64,000 bases of DNA from NCBI GenBank assembly GCA_963695545.1, contig OY968796.1, positions 3,520,001 through 3,584,000 of the forward strand. The letters run 5' to 3'. Below are positions 31,031 to 40,805 of this stretch, in pieces (position 1 is the first letter of the stretch; each line of letters begins with the position of its first letter). This stretch comes from Terriglobia bacterium. Its GTDB lineage: Bacteria > Acidobacteriota > Terriglobia > Acidiferrales > UBA7541. The notes beneath the pieces are model-generated. The model saw only the letters and a list, made by a program, of their open reading frames with translations. It was not told the DNA's origin and made no database searches. The position numbers were made by a program, and so were the translations under genes.

Positions 31031-31471
31031 TCACGCGCCGCCGTGCGGATTTTGCGGTGCCGGAATCGTCGGGGACGCGGAGCGGGAGACGAGTTGCGCG
31101 ACCAATTCCCTGTCGGCGGGGAGAAAATCGTAGGTGCCGAGAGCCGCGATGCACTCCCAGAGGATTCGCTCGAACGCCAGATTTTGCGGCGGGGCGGCGA
31201 GTTGAGCGGAGAAGAAAACCAGTTCGAGGCCACCGGCAAGTTCGGGTTGCTGCGCGTAGCGATGGCGCGTGCGGTACTGCTCGGCGCCGACTGTGCAGCC
31301 TACGCCGAGCTCTTCTTGCAGCTCCCGCGCCAAAGCTTGGGACAGCGTTTCGCCGGGCTCGACCTTGCCGCCCGGAAATTCCCACGATAATGGAAACGAG
31401 CCGGCGCGCGAACGCTGGCAGATCAGCATTCGGCCATTTTCTTCGATGAGCGCCGCGACTACAGTGACCAT
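31031..31471 (-). CDS. MutT/NudG-type Nudix hydrolase
   Basis: WEFPGGKVEPGE...ARELQEELG Nudix box. Confidence 0.92.
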   Translation of the reverse strand: MVTVVAALIEENGRMLICQRSRAGSFPLSWEFPGGKVEPGETLSQALARELQEELGVGCTVGAEQYRTRHRYAQQPELAGGLELVFFSAQLAAPPQNLAFERILWECIAALGTYDFLPADRELVAQLVSRSASPTIPAPQNPHGGA

Positions 31472-31541
31472 TTTAATTTCGATGCGTTCCGCGAGTCGGC
31501 GGCCCGGGCCGCGCCCGTGCGAATCGAACTTCCCCGCCGAT

Positions 31542-32705
31542 TCAAATGGCTTTCATGAGCAGGCAGGTTATGTCGTCCTGCTGCGGATGGTTTCCGACGA
31601 ACACCCGAACGTCGGCCATGACGCGGTCGAGCATTTGCGCGGGCGAAGAATCCGCGCCGGCGTTGATAACTGAAACCAGCCGATCCGTCCCGTATTCGGC
31701 GCCCTGTTCGCCCACGGCTTCCACAACTCCATCGGTGAACACGACGAGCCAGTCGCCAGTTTCCATCGTGGCGCTGCCGATTTGGTAGGCGACGTGAGGC
31801 TCGACTCCGAGCGGGAGGCCGCCGTGATCGAGGTATGCGATCCGTCCCGATTTGCTGCGCAGAATCGGCCAGTTGTGTCCGGCGTTGATGTAGGTCAAGG
31901 CGCGCGTGGCGGGCTCGTACTCGGCAAAGAACGCCGTGGTGAAGCGCAAGCCGCCCTGACTGTTGCTGCACGCATAGTCATTCATCGCGCCGACAAGTCG
32001 CTCGAACGACGCCGGCGTGGCGGAGAGAATTTTCAAACTGGTTTGAAGCGAGGCCATCAGCAGCGCGGCGGGAATGCTCTTGCCCACAACGTCGGCAACA
32101 GCGATGAGGTACTTCGGCCCGGCGGACTCGGCCGAGGCGGCGCGCGGAATTACGTCGTAATAATCGCCGGCCACGGTGTTGGCGGGGCGCGTGTCGAAGG
32201 CGATCTCCACGCCAGGAATTTTCGGCGGCTCGGCCGGCAAAAGCCAGGTCTGGATTTCGCGCGCGATCTGGAGGTCGCGCTTCATGACCACGCGATCGCC
32301 AATTTCAAGAATCAGCAGAAAGAGCAGCAGCAATCCGCCCCACAGGCGGAAATCGAAATCGAATCGTGCAGTGCCATGCTTGGTGGCCCAGACGATGTCC
32401 GAATGGTTGATGAGCAAATAGAGCGCGATGAGCAGCAGCACGCGGCGCGCGGGCGACAATTTTTCCATGATCGCCCAGAAAAATTGCTTCACCCACCAGG
32501 GCCTGCCGTGCTTGGCGGCGGCTCCGGGAGACGCTTCGATATCGCGAGAGTAAAGGCGATAGCTGGTGAGGGTTTCGGCGCGAAACTGAGCCCAAATTTC
32601 GCGTGCTCGAAATCCGCCGGTCACGCGCTGCCAAAACCCGTCCCCGCGCGCACCGGAGGCGCGGCGGCTGGCTCGGCGGTTCGCGCGTTGGTCGGAAGGG
32701 GCCAT
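31542..32705 (-). CDS. Membrane-anchored PP2C/SpoIIE-type phosphatase (RsbU-like)
   Basis: AREIQ, AGDYYD, ADVVGK, NAGH, FTDG, DDIT; two TM segments. Confidence 0.92.
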   Translation of the reverse strand: MAPSDQRANRRASRRASGARGDGFWQRVTGGFRAREIWAQFRAETLTSYRLYSRDIEASPGAAAKHGRPWWVKQFFWAIMEKLSPARRVLLLIALYLLINHSDIVWATKHGTARFDFDFRLWGGLLLLFLLILEIGDRVVMKRDLQIAREIQTWLLPAEPPKIPGVEIAFDTRPANTVAGDYYDVIPRAASAESAGPKYLIAVADVVGKSIPAALLMASLQTSLKILSATPASFERLVGAMNDYACSNSQGGLRFTTAFFAEYEPATRALTYINAGHNWPILRSKSGRIAYLDHGGLPLGVEPHVAYQIGSATMETGDWLVVFTDGVVEAVGEQGAEYGTDRLVSVINAGADSSPAQMLDRVMADVRVFVGNHPQQDDITCLLMKAI

Positions 32706-32792
32706 TTCGGGATCGACCCGGAAGTATAGTCGCAATCGCCTCGACGCGGCGTGTGCGACGAAATCCCGATCACGGGCGCTGCGAAAGCCGGA

Positions 32793-33563
32793 TTAGGATG
32801 GGACGGATCGGCCGCCGTCCACGACGAGCACTTGGCCAGTGACGAAATCGGCTTGCGCGAGATAGGAGACCGCGCCGGCGATATCTTCGGGGCGGCCGGT
32901 GCGGGCGAGAGGCGCGCGACGGATAAAATCTTCAGCGATTCCGGGAGCGTCGTCGGGGAACGAAGTCGTACCTGGGGCGATGGCGTTGACGCGAATCTGC
33001 GGCGCGAGCGCGCGGGAAAGGCACCGCGTGAGCATAATCACGCCCGCTTTCGAGACGCAATAGTGAACGTAGTTCGGCCAGGCGAGCAATCCGCCGAGCG
33101 ACGCGAAATTCACGATCGAGCCGCGGCCGCTCGCGCGCAGCAGAGGCGCCGCGGCCTGTGCCGCGAAGAACTGCGATTTAAGATTTGTAGCCATGATCGT
33201 GTCCCAGTCATTTTCGGTGAGCTGCTCGAAAGGTTTGCCGAAAAACATGCCGACGTTGTTGACCAGAATGTCCAGGCGGCCGCGCATTTTTCCGGCGGAC
33301 TCAACCAGGCGCAGCACTTCGTCACGGCGGGTCACGTCAGCTTCATAAGCCTGAACGGTGCGTCCAAGCGCGGCGATTTCGCGCACAAGCGAATCGGCGT
33401 CGTCCTTCGAGTGGTGATAACTAAAGACGATGTCGGCACCGTCCGCGGCGAGGCGCAGAGCCACGCTGCGACCGATGCGCCGCGCGGCGCCGGTCACTAG
33501 AGCCACGCGCCCTTCTAGAGCGAGCGCTCCGTGCGGCGCGGCAGGGGAAGGTGTCGCGCTCAT
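32793..33563 (-). CDS. SDR oxidoreductase (pteridine reductase/FolM-like)
   Basis: TGAARRIG, YCVSK, VNAIAPG. Confidence 0.9.
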   Translation of the reverse strand: MSATPSPAAPHGALALEGRVALVTGAARRIGRSVALRLAADGADIVFSYHHSKDDADSLVREIAALGRTVQAYEADVTRRDEVLRLVESAGKMRGRLDILVNNVGMFFGKPFEQLTENDWDTIMATNLKSQFFAAQAAAPLLRASGRGSIVNFASLGGLLAWPNYVHYCVSKAGVIMLTRCLSRALAPQIRVNAIAPGTTSFPDDAPGIAEDFIRRAPLARTGRPEDIAGAVSYLAQADFVTGQVLVVDGGRSVPS

Positions 33564-33569
33564 GAGCGG

Positions 33570-33785
33570 TTATTCGCCGGCCTGAGAAACAGCGAAGCCG
33601 GGCAAGGTTTGGCCTTTGGCGCTGCGTTCAACGCGCACGCGGACCAGGGCTTCTTTTTCGGCGCCTGTGCGGCGCAGCACAGCGATGGTGGTCAAAGCTT
33701 CGGAGTAGAGCCGGGTGACGAGATAGTCCTCGTCAGTTCCGTTCTTCTTCCAGACCTGACCGACTTGGACGCGAAGCGCGGGCAT
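33570..33785 (-). CDS. Small hypothetical protein
   Basis: Compact ORF directly upstream of the SDR gene; VQVGQVWKK beta-type motif. Confidence 0.65.
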   Translation of the reverse strand: MPALRVQVGQVWKKNGTDEDYLVTRLYSEALTTIAVLRRTGAEKEALVRVRVERSAKGQTLPGFAVSQAGE

Positions 33786-34039
33786 GAGTGGTTTGCGAAA
33801 GCTCAACGAATGTAGAGGCAAGCCGGAACGGTGTCAATGCACCTGGAACCATCCGGTGTCCAGACGCGTGCTCGGTAAACTGCGCGAGCGAGGGGCTAGG
33901 CAGAAACGGGGATAAGGCAACCATTGAGAGCGTTTCGTCCTCTTAGCACAAAAGAGTTGAGAGAAAGGCTTCTGGGTGTGCAAACGAGGTATATAATCCG
34001 GTCTACAGGCAATTTCGGTGCACCAGGCAAGGGGGAGCG

Positions 34040-35521
34040 ATGAACGGAATCCGCAAGGCACTGGTGGGCGGTTTTCTGACGACGGCTCTGGCCCTGGCTT
34101 GGCCCGCCTCCGGCAGCGCGCAAAGTAGCAGCTCAGCAGCGCCGACGCCGCAGGCCACGGCTCAAACTTCAAGCCAGGCGCAAACGCAGAGCCAGCAGCA
34201 AACGGAACAGCCCGCCGCAAGCCAGACTTCCGCCACATCCGCGCCGCAGACGACGCAGCCAGCCACTCAGGCGCCGGCGCAGCAGCAGACGCCACAGAGC
34301 ACGACGGCGCAACCCTCTTCGACTTCGACTGCCACGACCGCGCCCGCTGCGACGCAACCGGCCGCATCGCCGTCCGACGCTTCGCAGCAGGCTACGCAAC
34401 AGCCCGCGGCTTCGACTCCGACCGACACAACGGGCGATCAGATGAAAAACATCAAGCCCGGTTCCGAACAGGACGTCAACGCGATCGGCGACCGCAAAGT
34501 CGGCAGCGGCATTGACATGTATTCGATCGAGAGCGAAATCGCCCTTGGCAAGCAGGCCGCGCAGGAAGTGGAGAAATCCTCGAAGCTGGTGGATGACCCA
34601 GTCGTGGTCGACTACGTTAATCGCGTTGGCCAGCGCTTGGTGCGCAATTCCGACTGCAAGGTGCCGTTCACAATCAAGGTGATCGATTCAGACGAGATCA
34701 ACGCCTTCGCTTTGCCGGGCGGCTTCTTCTATGTGAACAGCGGATTGATTCTGGCCGCGGACACTGAAGCGGAATTGGCCGGCGTGATGGGTCATGAAAC
34801 CGCGCACGTGTGCGCGCGCCACGGCACGCGCAACGCCACCAAGGAGCAGCTCGCCGAATTCGCCACGATTCCGCTGATCTTGCTGGGGCCCGGCGGCTGG
34901 GCCGGATACGGAATTTACGAAGGATTGCAGATGGCGATTCCGATCGGCTTCCTGAAATTCTCGCGCGACGCCGAACGCGAAGCCGATTACCTGGGCCTGC
35001 AGTACATGTGGAAGGCGGGCTACGATCCCAACGCGTTCGTGAGCTTCTTCGAGAAAATCGAAGCCATGGAAAAACGCCAACCGGGAACGATCCCCAAACT
35101 TTTCGCGGACCATCCACCGACGCCGGACCGCATGGCGGCAGCGCAGAAGGAAATCGCCGAGATTCTGCCGCCGCGCGATGAGTACATCGTGACCACCTCG
35201 GAATTCGATACGGTGAAAGCGCGATTGCAGCGCATCGAGAACAAACAGAAAGTGCAGGACAAGGCTCCGGGTTCACCGACGCTGCGCACGCGCACGGAAC
35301 AACAGCAGCAACAGCAGGGTCAGGCTGACCCGGGCGCTACCGGTACGTCAGATGGCTCTGGCTCAGACGATCCAGATCGCCCGGTATTGAAGAAGCGCAC
35401 CGATTCGCCGGATAGCAACGACCCGACCAACACGTCGGGGACGGGCGCTTCCGGATCCACCACGTCGGGAACGGGCACAACGGGCACTGGCACAACCGGC
35501 CAGACGAACCCAGGGCAGTAG
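34040..35521 (+). CDS. M48 family metalloprotease with Q/T/A-rich extensions
   Basis: INAFALPGG, HETAH, EREAD, DHP; signal peptide; TATAAT at 33993. Confidence 0.92.
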   Translation: MNGIRKALVGGFLTTALALAWPASGSAQSSSSAAPTPQATAQTSSQAQTQSQQQTEQPAASQTSATSAPQTTQPATQAPAQQQTPQSTTAQPSSTSTATTAPAATQPAASPSDASQQATQQPAASTPTDTTGDQMKNIKPGSEQDVNAIGDRKVGSGIDMYSIESEIALGKQAAQEVEKSSKLVDDPVVVDYVNRVGQRLVRNSDCKVPFTIKVIDSDEINAFALPGGFFYVNSGLILAADTEAELAGVMGHETAHVCARHGTRNATKEQLAEFATIPLILLGPGGWAGYGIYEGLQMAIPIGFLKFSRDAEREADYLGLQYMWKAGYDPNAFVSFFEKIEAMEKRQPGTIPKLFADHPPTPDRMAAAQKEIAEILPPRDEYIVTTSEFDTVKARLQRIENKQKVQDKAPGSPTLRTRTEQQQQQQGQADPGATGTSDGSGSDDPDRPVLKKRTDSPDSNDPTNTSGTGASGSTTSGTGTTGTGTTGQTNPGQ

Positions 35522-35573
35522 ACTTAAGGGTCTCGACTTCGGGGATTCCTGGGAGAGCCGAGAGGCGGGCGAA

Positions 35574-35870
35574 CTATTCTGATCGCGGTTGGTGCGCGAC
35601 GCCTAATCGGCGCATTTCTTCAGCGTAATAGCGGCGGTATAAGACATCCCACTCTTCCGTTCCTTCCAGGATTTCGCGTTTCTGCGAGCTGATTTTTTCG
35701 CGCACGTGCGTCTCGAGTTGCTCTTCCTCTTTCAGCAGAGCCGAGATGATCTGCACGATTTCCTGACGAATGGTGTCGCGGTCCTCGACGAAAACCACAT
35801 CGTCGGAAGATACCAACACGTCGGTGATGATGTGAGAAAGGCGGACGGTTTTCTCGCGAGTCAAACGCAT
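35574..35870 (-). CDS. DUF507 family protein
   Basis: MRLTREK..., ILEGTEEWDVLY; tandem partner of 35935-36216. Confidence 0.75.
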   Translation of the reverse strand: MRLTREKTVRLSHIITDVLVSSDDVVFVEDRDTIRQEIVQIISALLKEEEQLETHVREKISSQKREILEGTEEWDVLYRRYYAEEMRRLGVAHQPRSE

Positions 35871-35934
35871 CGAATGCGCGCCTCTTCCCTGCCCTGGTTG
35901 GAACTTGCCATGTGCGACATTTTTCGCGCGAAGC

Positions 35935-36216
35935 TCATCGCAGAATCAACTTCCTCTGCCGCGCGAGCTCGCCCTTCACCTTCTTGTACATCTCCTGATA
36001 AGAGACGCCGGTGCGTTTCATTTCTTCGGCGTGGTCGGTGAGGATCTGGCGGACTTCGTCGTTGAGCCGCTCTTCGATGCCGATTTCTTCCTGGGCGGCC
36101 TTGCGCACCCGCTCGGTGACGGCGGCCACGGCTGACGTCTCAATCATGTTCCCCGCGACAAGGCGCGTGACCACTCGTTGTGCCAGGTATCCGACGTAAT
36201 CGCGAGACAACAACAC
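35935..36216 (-). CDS. DUF507 family protein
   Basis: GGAGG RBS before GTG; EERLNDEVRQIL, YQEMYKKVKGELA. Confidence 0.75.
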   Translation of the reverse strand: MLLSRDYVGYLAQRVVTRLVAGNMIETSAVAAVTERVRKAAQEEIGIEERLNDEVRQILTDHAEEMKRTGVSYQEMYKKVKGELARQRKLILR

Positions 36217-36302
36217 GCTGAACAGCCTCCGGGCGCGTCCAATTACTGTGTAAGGCAAGTCTACTGGCGCGGCTGGAACAGTGTCAAGGAATGCGAGGCG
36301 TG

Positions 36303-36311
36303 TGCTATAAT
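36303..36311 (+). promoter_or_regulatory. Extended -10 promoter
   Basis: TGCTATAAT upstream of the S41 peptidase RBS. Confidence 0.6.
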
Positions 36312-36334
36312 TTTTGACTGGCGGAGGTTGTCCT

Positions 36335-37966
36335 GTGCGCGGAGAACGTCGTGGCTTGGCCCTGGTATTCGCGGTATTGATTCTTTCCGCGGTCCTGGGA
36401 GGCATTTACGGTCCCGCGGTGCGCGCCACGCCCACCAGCGCCGACGAGCTGAAAGACGCCGTCAGCCAGTTCACCAACGTCCTCGCCGTCGTCCAGCAAA
36501 ATTATGCGGTGCCGGTCGATACCGATCACGCCATTTATGAAGGCGCGATTCCCGGCATGTTGCGCGTGCTGGACCCGCACTCCACGTTTTTCGATCCCCA
36601 GGCCTATGCGTTGCTGCGCGAAGACCAGCGCGGCGAATATTACGGTGTGGGCATGACCATCGCGCCCGACCGGGCGAATCCGAACGAGACCGAAGTGCTT
36701 GCACCGATGGTCGGTACTCCGGCATTTCGCGCTGGCTTGCGGCCGGGCGACATCATTATCAAAGTGGATGGCAAACCCACCGACGGCCTGACCACCACGG
36801 AAGTGGCCGACTTGCTGAAAGGGCCCAAGGGCACCACGGTGACGATTTCGGTTCGTCGCGACGGAGCCGACGCGCCGATCGACTTCACGGTGATGCGCGA
36901 CGAAATCCCCAAGCACTCGGTGGACGTGGCGTTCATGCTCAAACCGGGAATCGGCTACATCAAGCTTTCCGGTTTCAATGAGACCACGGACGCGGAAATG
37001 ACCGAGGCGCTCAAGGATCTGGACGCGCCGTCACTCGATGGCTTGATTCTCGATTTGCGCGGCAATCCGGGCGGGCTGTTGCAGGAAGCCATCGCCGTCT
37101 CCGACAAATTTTTGGACAAGAATCAGCTGATCGTTTCGGATCACGGGCGTGCATCGCCCGAGAAACGCTATTACGCGGTGAGCGGTAATCGGGGCGTCAC
37201 CTGCCCGCTGGTTGTGCTGATCAACGGCGGCTCGGCATCGGCGGCGGAGATCGTCACGGGTTCGATTCAGGATCACGACCGCGGACTGGTGGTCGGCGAT
37301 CAGAGTTTCGGAAAGGGGCTGGTGCAGAGCGTCTCGCAGTTGAGCGAGGACACTGGCCTTGCGCTGACCATCGCGCGCTACTATACGCCGAGCGGCCGCT
37401 TGATCCAGCGCGATTACAAAGACATCTCGCTTTACGATTACCTGTATAACCACAAGACGCCCGCGCCGACCGAAGTGAAGCTGACCGATGGCGGACGGCA
37501 AGTCACCGGCGGCGGCGGCATCACGCCAGACGTGGTGATCGCTGCGCCGAAGCCCAACGATTTCGAGCAGGATCTGTTCCGGCACGACGTCTTCTATCCG
37601 AATTATCCGTATGCCAATCCGCTGAGCGTCGGCGGATTCACCACGTGGTATCTGGGCACGAAGCCTGACGTGACGCGATCGTTCGACGCGGACGACGCGG
37701 TGATCGCCGAGTTCCGCAAGTATCTCGACAAGGCCGGTGTGAAGTACACCGACGCCGACATCACCGCGAACCTCGATTGGATCCGGCACATGATCAAGCT
37801 GGAAGTCATCACCTCGGTCTACGGATTAAACGACGGCTATAAGGTCGAACTCGAAGACGATCCGCAGCTCGACAAGGCCGTGGAATCGTTGCCGCAGGCG
37901 CGCGCTCTTTACGACAACGTGCGCAAGATCATCGCGCAGCGATCCACGGACGATCCGGGGCAGTAG
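36335..37966 (+). CDS. S41A C-terminal processing peptidase (CtpA/Prc-like, PDZ)
   Basis: LDPHS, DLRGNPGGLL, SASAAEI, FGKGLVQ, YYTPSGR. Confidence 0.95.
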   Translation: MRGERRGLALVFAVLILSAVLGGIYGPAVRATPTSADELKDAVSQFTNVLAVVQQNYAVPVDTDHAIYEGAIPGMLRVLDPHSTFFDPQAYALLREDQRGEYYGVGMTIAPDRANPNETEVLAPMVGTPAFRAGLRPGDIIIKVDGKPTDGLTTTEVADLLKGPKGTTVTISVRRDGADAPIDFTVMRDEIPKHSVDVAFMLKPGIGYIKLSGFNETTDAEMTEALKDLDAPSLDGLILDLRGNPGGLLQEAIAVSDKFLDKNQLIVSDHGRASPEKRYYAVSGNRGVTCPLVVLINGGSASAAEIVTGSIQDHDRGLVVGDQSFGKGLVQSVSQLSEDTGLALTIARYYTPSGRLIQRDYKDISLYDYLYNHKTPAPTEVKLTDGGRQVTGGGGITPDVVIAAPKPNDFEQDLFRHDVFYPNYPYANPLSVGGFTTWYLGTKPDVTRSFDADDAVIAEFRKYLDKAGVKYTDADITANLDWIRHMIKLEVITSVYGLNDGYKVELEDDPQLDKAVESLPQARALYDNVRKIIAQRSTDDPGQ

Positions 37967-38067
37967 AGCTTTCGGCGCCGGGGCCCGGGCCATTTCGACG
38001 AAGACAATTCACACAATTTTATGCGCAGGGAAAAGTGATCCGGACGAAGCTCGCCCGCTTCGTGCGC

Positions 38068-39681
38068 CTAGAGGAACAAGATTTGGTGCTGCGGATTGCC
38101 CGGGACAATCTGCGCGGCCAGATGATCGAGTAGCTCGGGTCCCTGCGCGGCCAGCAGCGGCAGAAGGCACAGCGCACGCTCCTGCAATTGCCCTTCGGGA
38201 TACAGCACTCCGGCAATTTCGTGCTCGTGCCCCTCGAGGACGCCGGCGCGGAAGGCTTGCGCGCGGCCCGCTTTGTGCTCGAGGCTTTGAAACTGAAATA
38301 ACATTTTGCTCTCGACGTTTTCGAGCGCGCCGACCAGCGTGCGGTCGAGTTTCTCGATCGGCGGGCGGAGACCTTCCAGAATTTTCTTCAGAGCTTTTTC
38401 GCCGCTCGCGAAGCGCGCGGCCAGGGATTTCGGCAGTGAGTCGCGCTCCATGTGCTCGCGGAGAATGCGGCCGCCGCGGAAAGCATCCGGCACCTTAAGC
38501 TGGTATTTTTCAAGCAGCCGCGCGACGTGGCTGGGCACGAGCGTGATGCTGGCTCGCGGCAAAATCGCCGGCATGCGGCCCAGAAGATGCTTATACACGA
38601 CCGAAACCTGCGCGTAGTAGGCGGTTTCAGCGGGACCGGCGATGTACGCGGCGGTGGGCAGCAGCGTGTCTTGCACGATCGGCCGCAGCAGCACGTTGCC
38701 GGTGAAGGCCGCGGGCGAGGATTCGATCTCGCGGCGAAGCTCCGCGGCGGTGAAATCGCGATCGCCCACCGCGAAGCCGTCGTTCTTGCGGCGAACCGGC
38801 AACCGGTGGCCTTGCGTTGACCAAAACAGGAGCGTGCTGCGCTCGGCGACTTTCACTTGCGCGTGAAAATGCTGGCGCTCCAGGCGCTCCGTTCGGCGCA
38901 TCAATTCTTCTGAAAGCGCGGCCTGCTCGTCGAGCGCGCGAAGGTAGACCGGCGCGGCGAGACGATGCAATTCTGCGTCGAGCGGATCGAGCAGTATCAA
39001 TCCCGATGGACCGAGCAGGCGCGCCAGCAGCTTGCCCAGCGCGGAACTGAAAGTCTCCGCCGGGCGATACGATTCCCGCAGCGCCGCGGCGATCGTCTCC
39101 GCCGACGGACCTTCGAGATTATTCGTGGCGCGCGCCACCAATTCTTCGACAGCATCGCCCAGCGCTACGCTGCCGACGCTAGGCCCCTCGCCTTCGCTTG
39201 CGGGCTGTTCGAGTTCGATACGTTCGTTGCCTTCGCGGCCGCGCCAAAGGCAATGATTGATCTCGGCAATATCGTGATCTTCCGACGCCAGCCAGAAAAC
39301 CGGCACGGCCTCGACTCCCGCGGCCGTCAACTCCGCCGCGAGGCGCACCGCCGTCAGAGCTTTGTAAAACGTGTACGCCGGGCCGGAAAAAAGACTGACT
39401 TGCTGTCCGGTAACCACAGCCACCGCTCGACCGGCCAGCAAATCGAGATTGTGCTCGACGGCCGCGCCGCTTCCGAACGTGCGATTCTGCGCGCGCAGGC
39501 GTTCGACCACCGCGGCGCGCATGGCCGGCGCATAATTTATTTGCGCGGCGGCCTGGCGCACGCCGTCGAGCGTTGGGGCATGCGCATAAAATTCGGCGAC
39601 GCTCGGGAAGTCTTCAAGAAACGCGCGATAGAGGCGCGTGGTTTCGGGCAACTGCGACGCAGGAATACTCTGTGACTCCAT
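38068..39681 (-). CDS. bshC: Bacillithiol biosynthesis cysteine-adding enzyme BshC
   Basis: VVTGQQ..GP.YTFYK, VPVFWLASEDHD, NVLLRP..QD.LLP, GPAE.AY, LQER. Confidence 0.9.
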   Translation of the reverse strand: MESQSIPASQLPETTRLYRAFLEDFPSVAEFYAHAPTLDGVRQAAAQINYAPAMRAAVVERLRAQNRTFGSGAAVEHNLDLLAGRAVAVVTGQQVSLFSGPAYTFYKALTAVRLAAELTAAGVEAVPVFWLASEDHDIAEINHCLWRGREGNERIELEQPASEGEGPSVGSVALGDAVEELVARATNNLEGPSAETIAAALRESYRPAETFSSALGKLLARLLGPSGLILLDPLDAELHRLAAPVYLRALDEQAALSEELMRRTERLERQHFHAQVKVAERSTLLFWSTQGHRLPVRRKNDGFAVGDRDFTAAELRREIESSPAAFTGNVLLRPIVQDTLLPTAAYIAGPAETAYYAQVSVVYKHLLGRMPAILPRASITLVPSHVARLLEKYQLKVPDAFRGGRILREHMERDSLPKSLAARFASGEKALKKILEGLRPPIEKLDRTLVGALENVESKMLFQFQSLEHKAGRAQAFRAGVLEGHEHEIAGVLYPEGQLQERALCLLPLLAAQGPELLDHLAAQIVPGNPQHQILFL

Positions 39682-39833
39682 CGATGCGGTCATGATATAT
39701 GCGCGCGCGAAGCTGGGCAAACCTGCTGGTCCGTTGGCAGTATTTTGATGTCGGGCGTTAGCGGAGGGTTCAACAATTTAGGGCGAAAATGACGCCGCGC
39801 GGGATTTCTCGGCGCGCGCGAAGCACGCTTGAA

Positions 39834-40739
39834 TTAGGAGGGACGCGCGCCTGCGGGAACGTCCACCCAAGCCGCGAGCACGGCGTCGACCTCGGCTCGC
39901 TCCTGTTCGGTCGGAGGCAACAGCGGGCGGCGCGGCAATCCACCGATGTACCCGAGTCGATCCATGGCGTACTTCAGTCCCGGCGGCCCCAGGCCCGAAC
40001 CAATTCGGCGCGATGCCGGCTCAAGTTTTTCTTCGAGCGCTCGCGCCTCCGCGATCTTCCCGGCGCGCGCCAGGCGATATACCTGAGCGCACGGTTCGGG
40101 CAGCGCCGATGCCAGCGCCAAAATTCCCCCGCTCGCTCCGACGCCAAGCGACGCAACCAAAGTGATGGCTGAACCAACCAGAAGCGAAAAATCCGCCGGA
40201 ACAGCGCGAGCGGTTTGCTCGGCGCGCTCCACGCTTCCGGAACTATCCTTGATGCCGATTATATTCGGGTGCTCAGCGAGGCGCGCCGTGACTTCGGCTT
40301 CGACCGTGACGCCGGTGAACACGGGCACTGAATAAAGCAGAATCGGAATCGGAGAGGCGTCGGCAACGCGGTGATAGTGCTCGATGAGCACGCGCGCGTT
40401 CATGAAGGGCTTGTAGTAGCTCGGCGTGCGCACCAGCGCCGCCGAATATCCGAGCGCAGCCGCGCGATTCGTGCGCTCGATGCTCTCGGCGGTGGTCTCG
40501 GCGCCGGTTCCGGCGAGAGCCGTTTTGCCGGGCGCTGCGTTCTCGAGTACGGTGGCCCAGACGCGCTCAGACTCGTCAATCGAGAGCAGCGCCGCCTCGC
40601 CGGTAGAACCCGTTACGACGTAGCCCGCGAGGTCCGTGCGGTTGTAACGCGCGATATTCGCGGCCAGGCCCGCAAGGTCAAGCGAATCGTCGGAACGAAA
40701 CGGAGTGGTGAGCGCCGCGAATAAGCCTTCGAGCTTCAC
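39834..40739 (-). CDS. DapA-family aldolase (HOGA-like)
   Basis: TTPF, GSTGE, PILLYS, IGIKDS. Confidence 0.88.
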   Translation of the reverse strand: MKLEGLFAALTTPFRSDDSLDLAGLAANIARYNRTDLAGYVVTGSTGEAALLSIDESERVWATVLENAAPGKTALAGTGAETTAESIERTNRAAALGYSAALVRTPSYYKPFMNARVLIEHYHRVADASPIPILLYSVPVFTGVTVEAEVTARLAEHPNIIGIKDSSGSVERAEQTARAVPADFSLLVGSAITLVASLGVGASGGILALASALPEPCAQVYRLARAGKIAEARALEEKLEPASRRIGSGLGPPGLKYAMDRLGYIGGLPRRPLLPPTEQERAEVDAVLAAWVDVPAGARPS

Positions 40740-40805
40740 ACGAAAATTGTAACCGAGAGGCGCGGCAAAAAGAAGTCACCTCTCAGGCAAACAGTGGGGC
40801 CGCGG

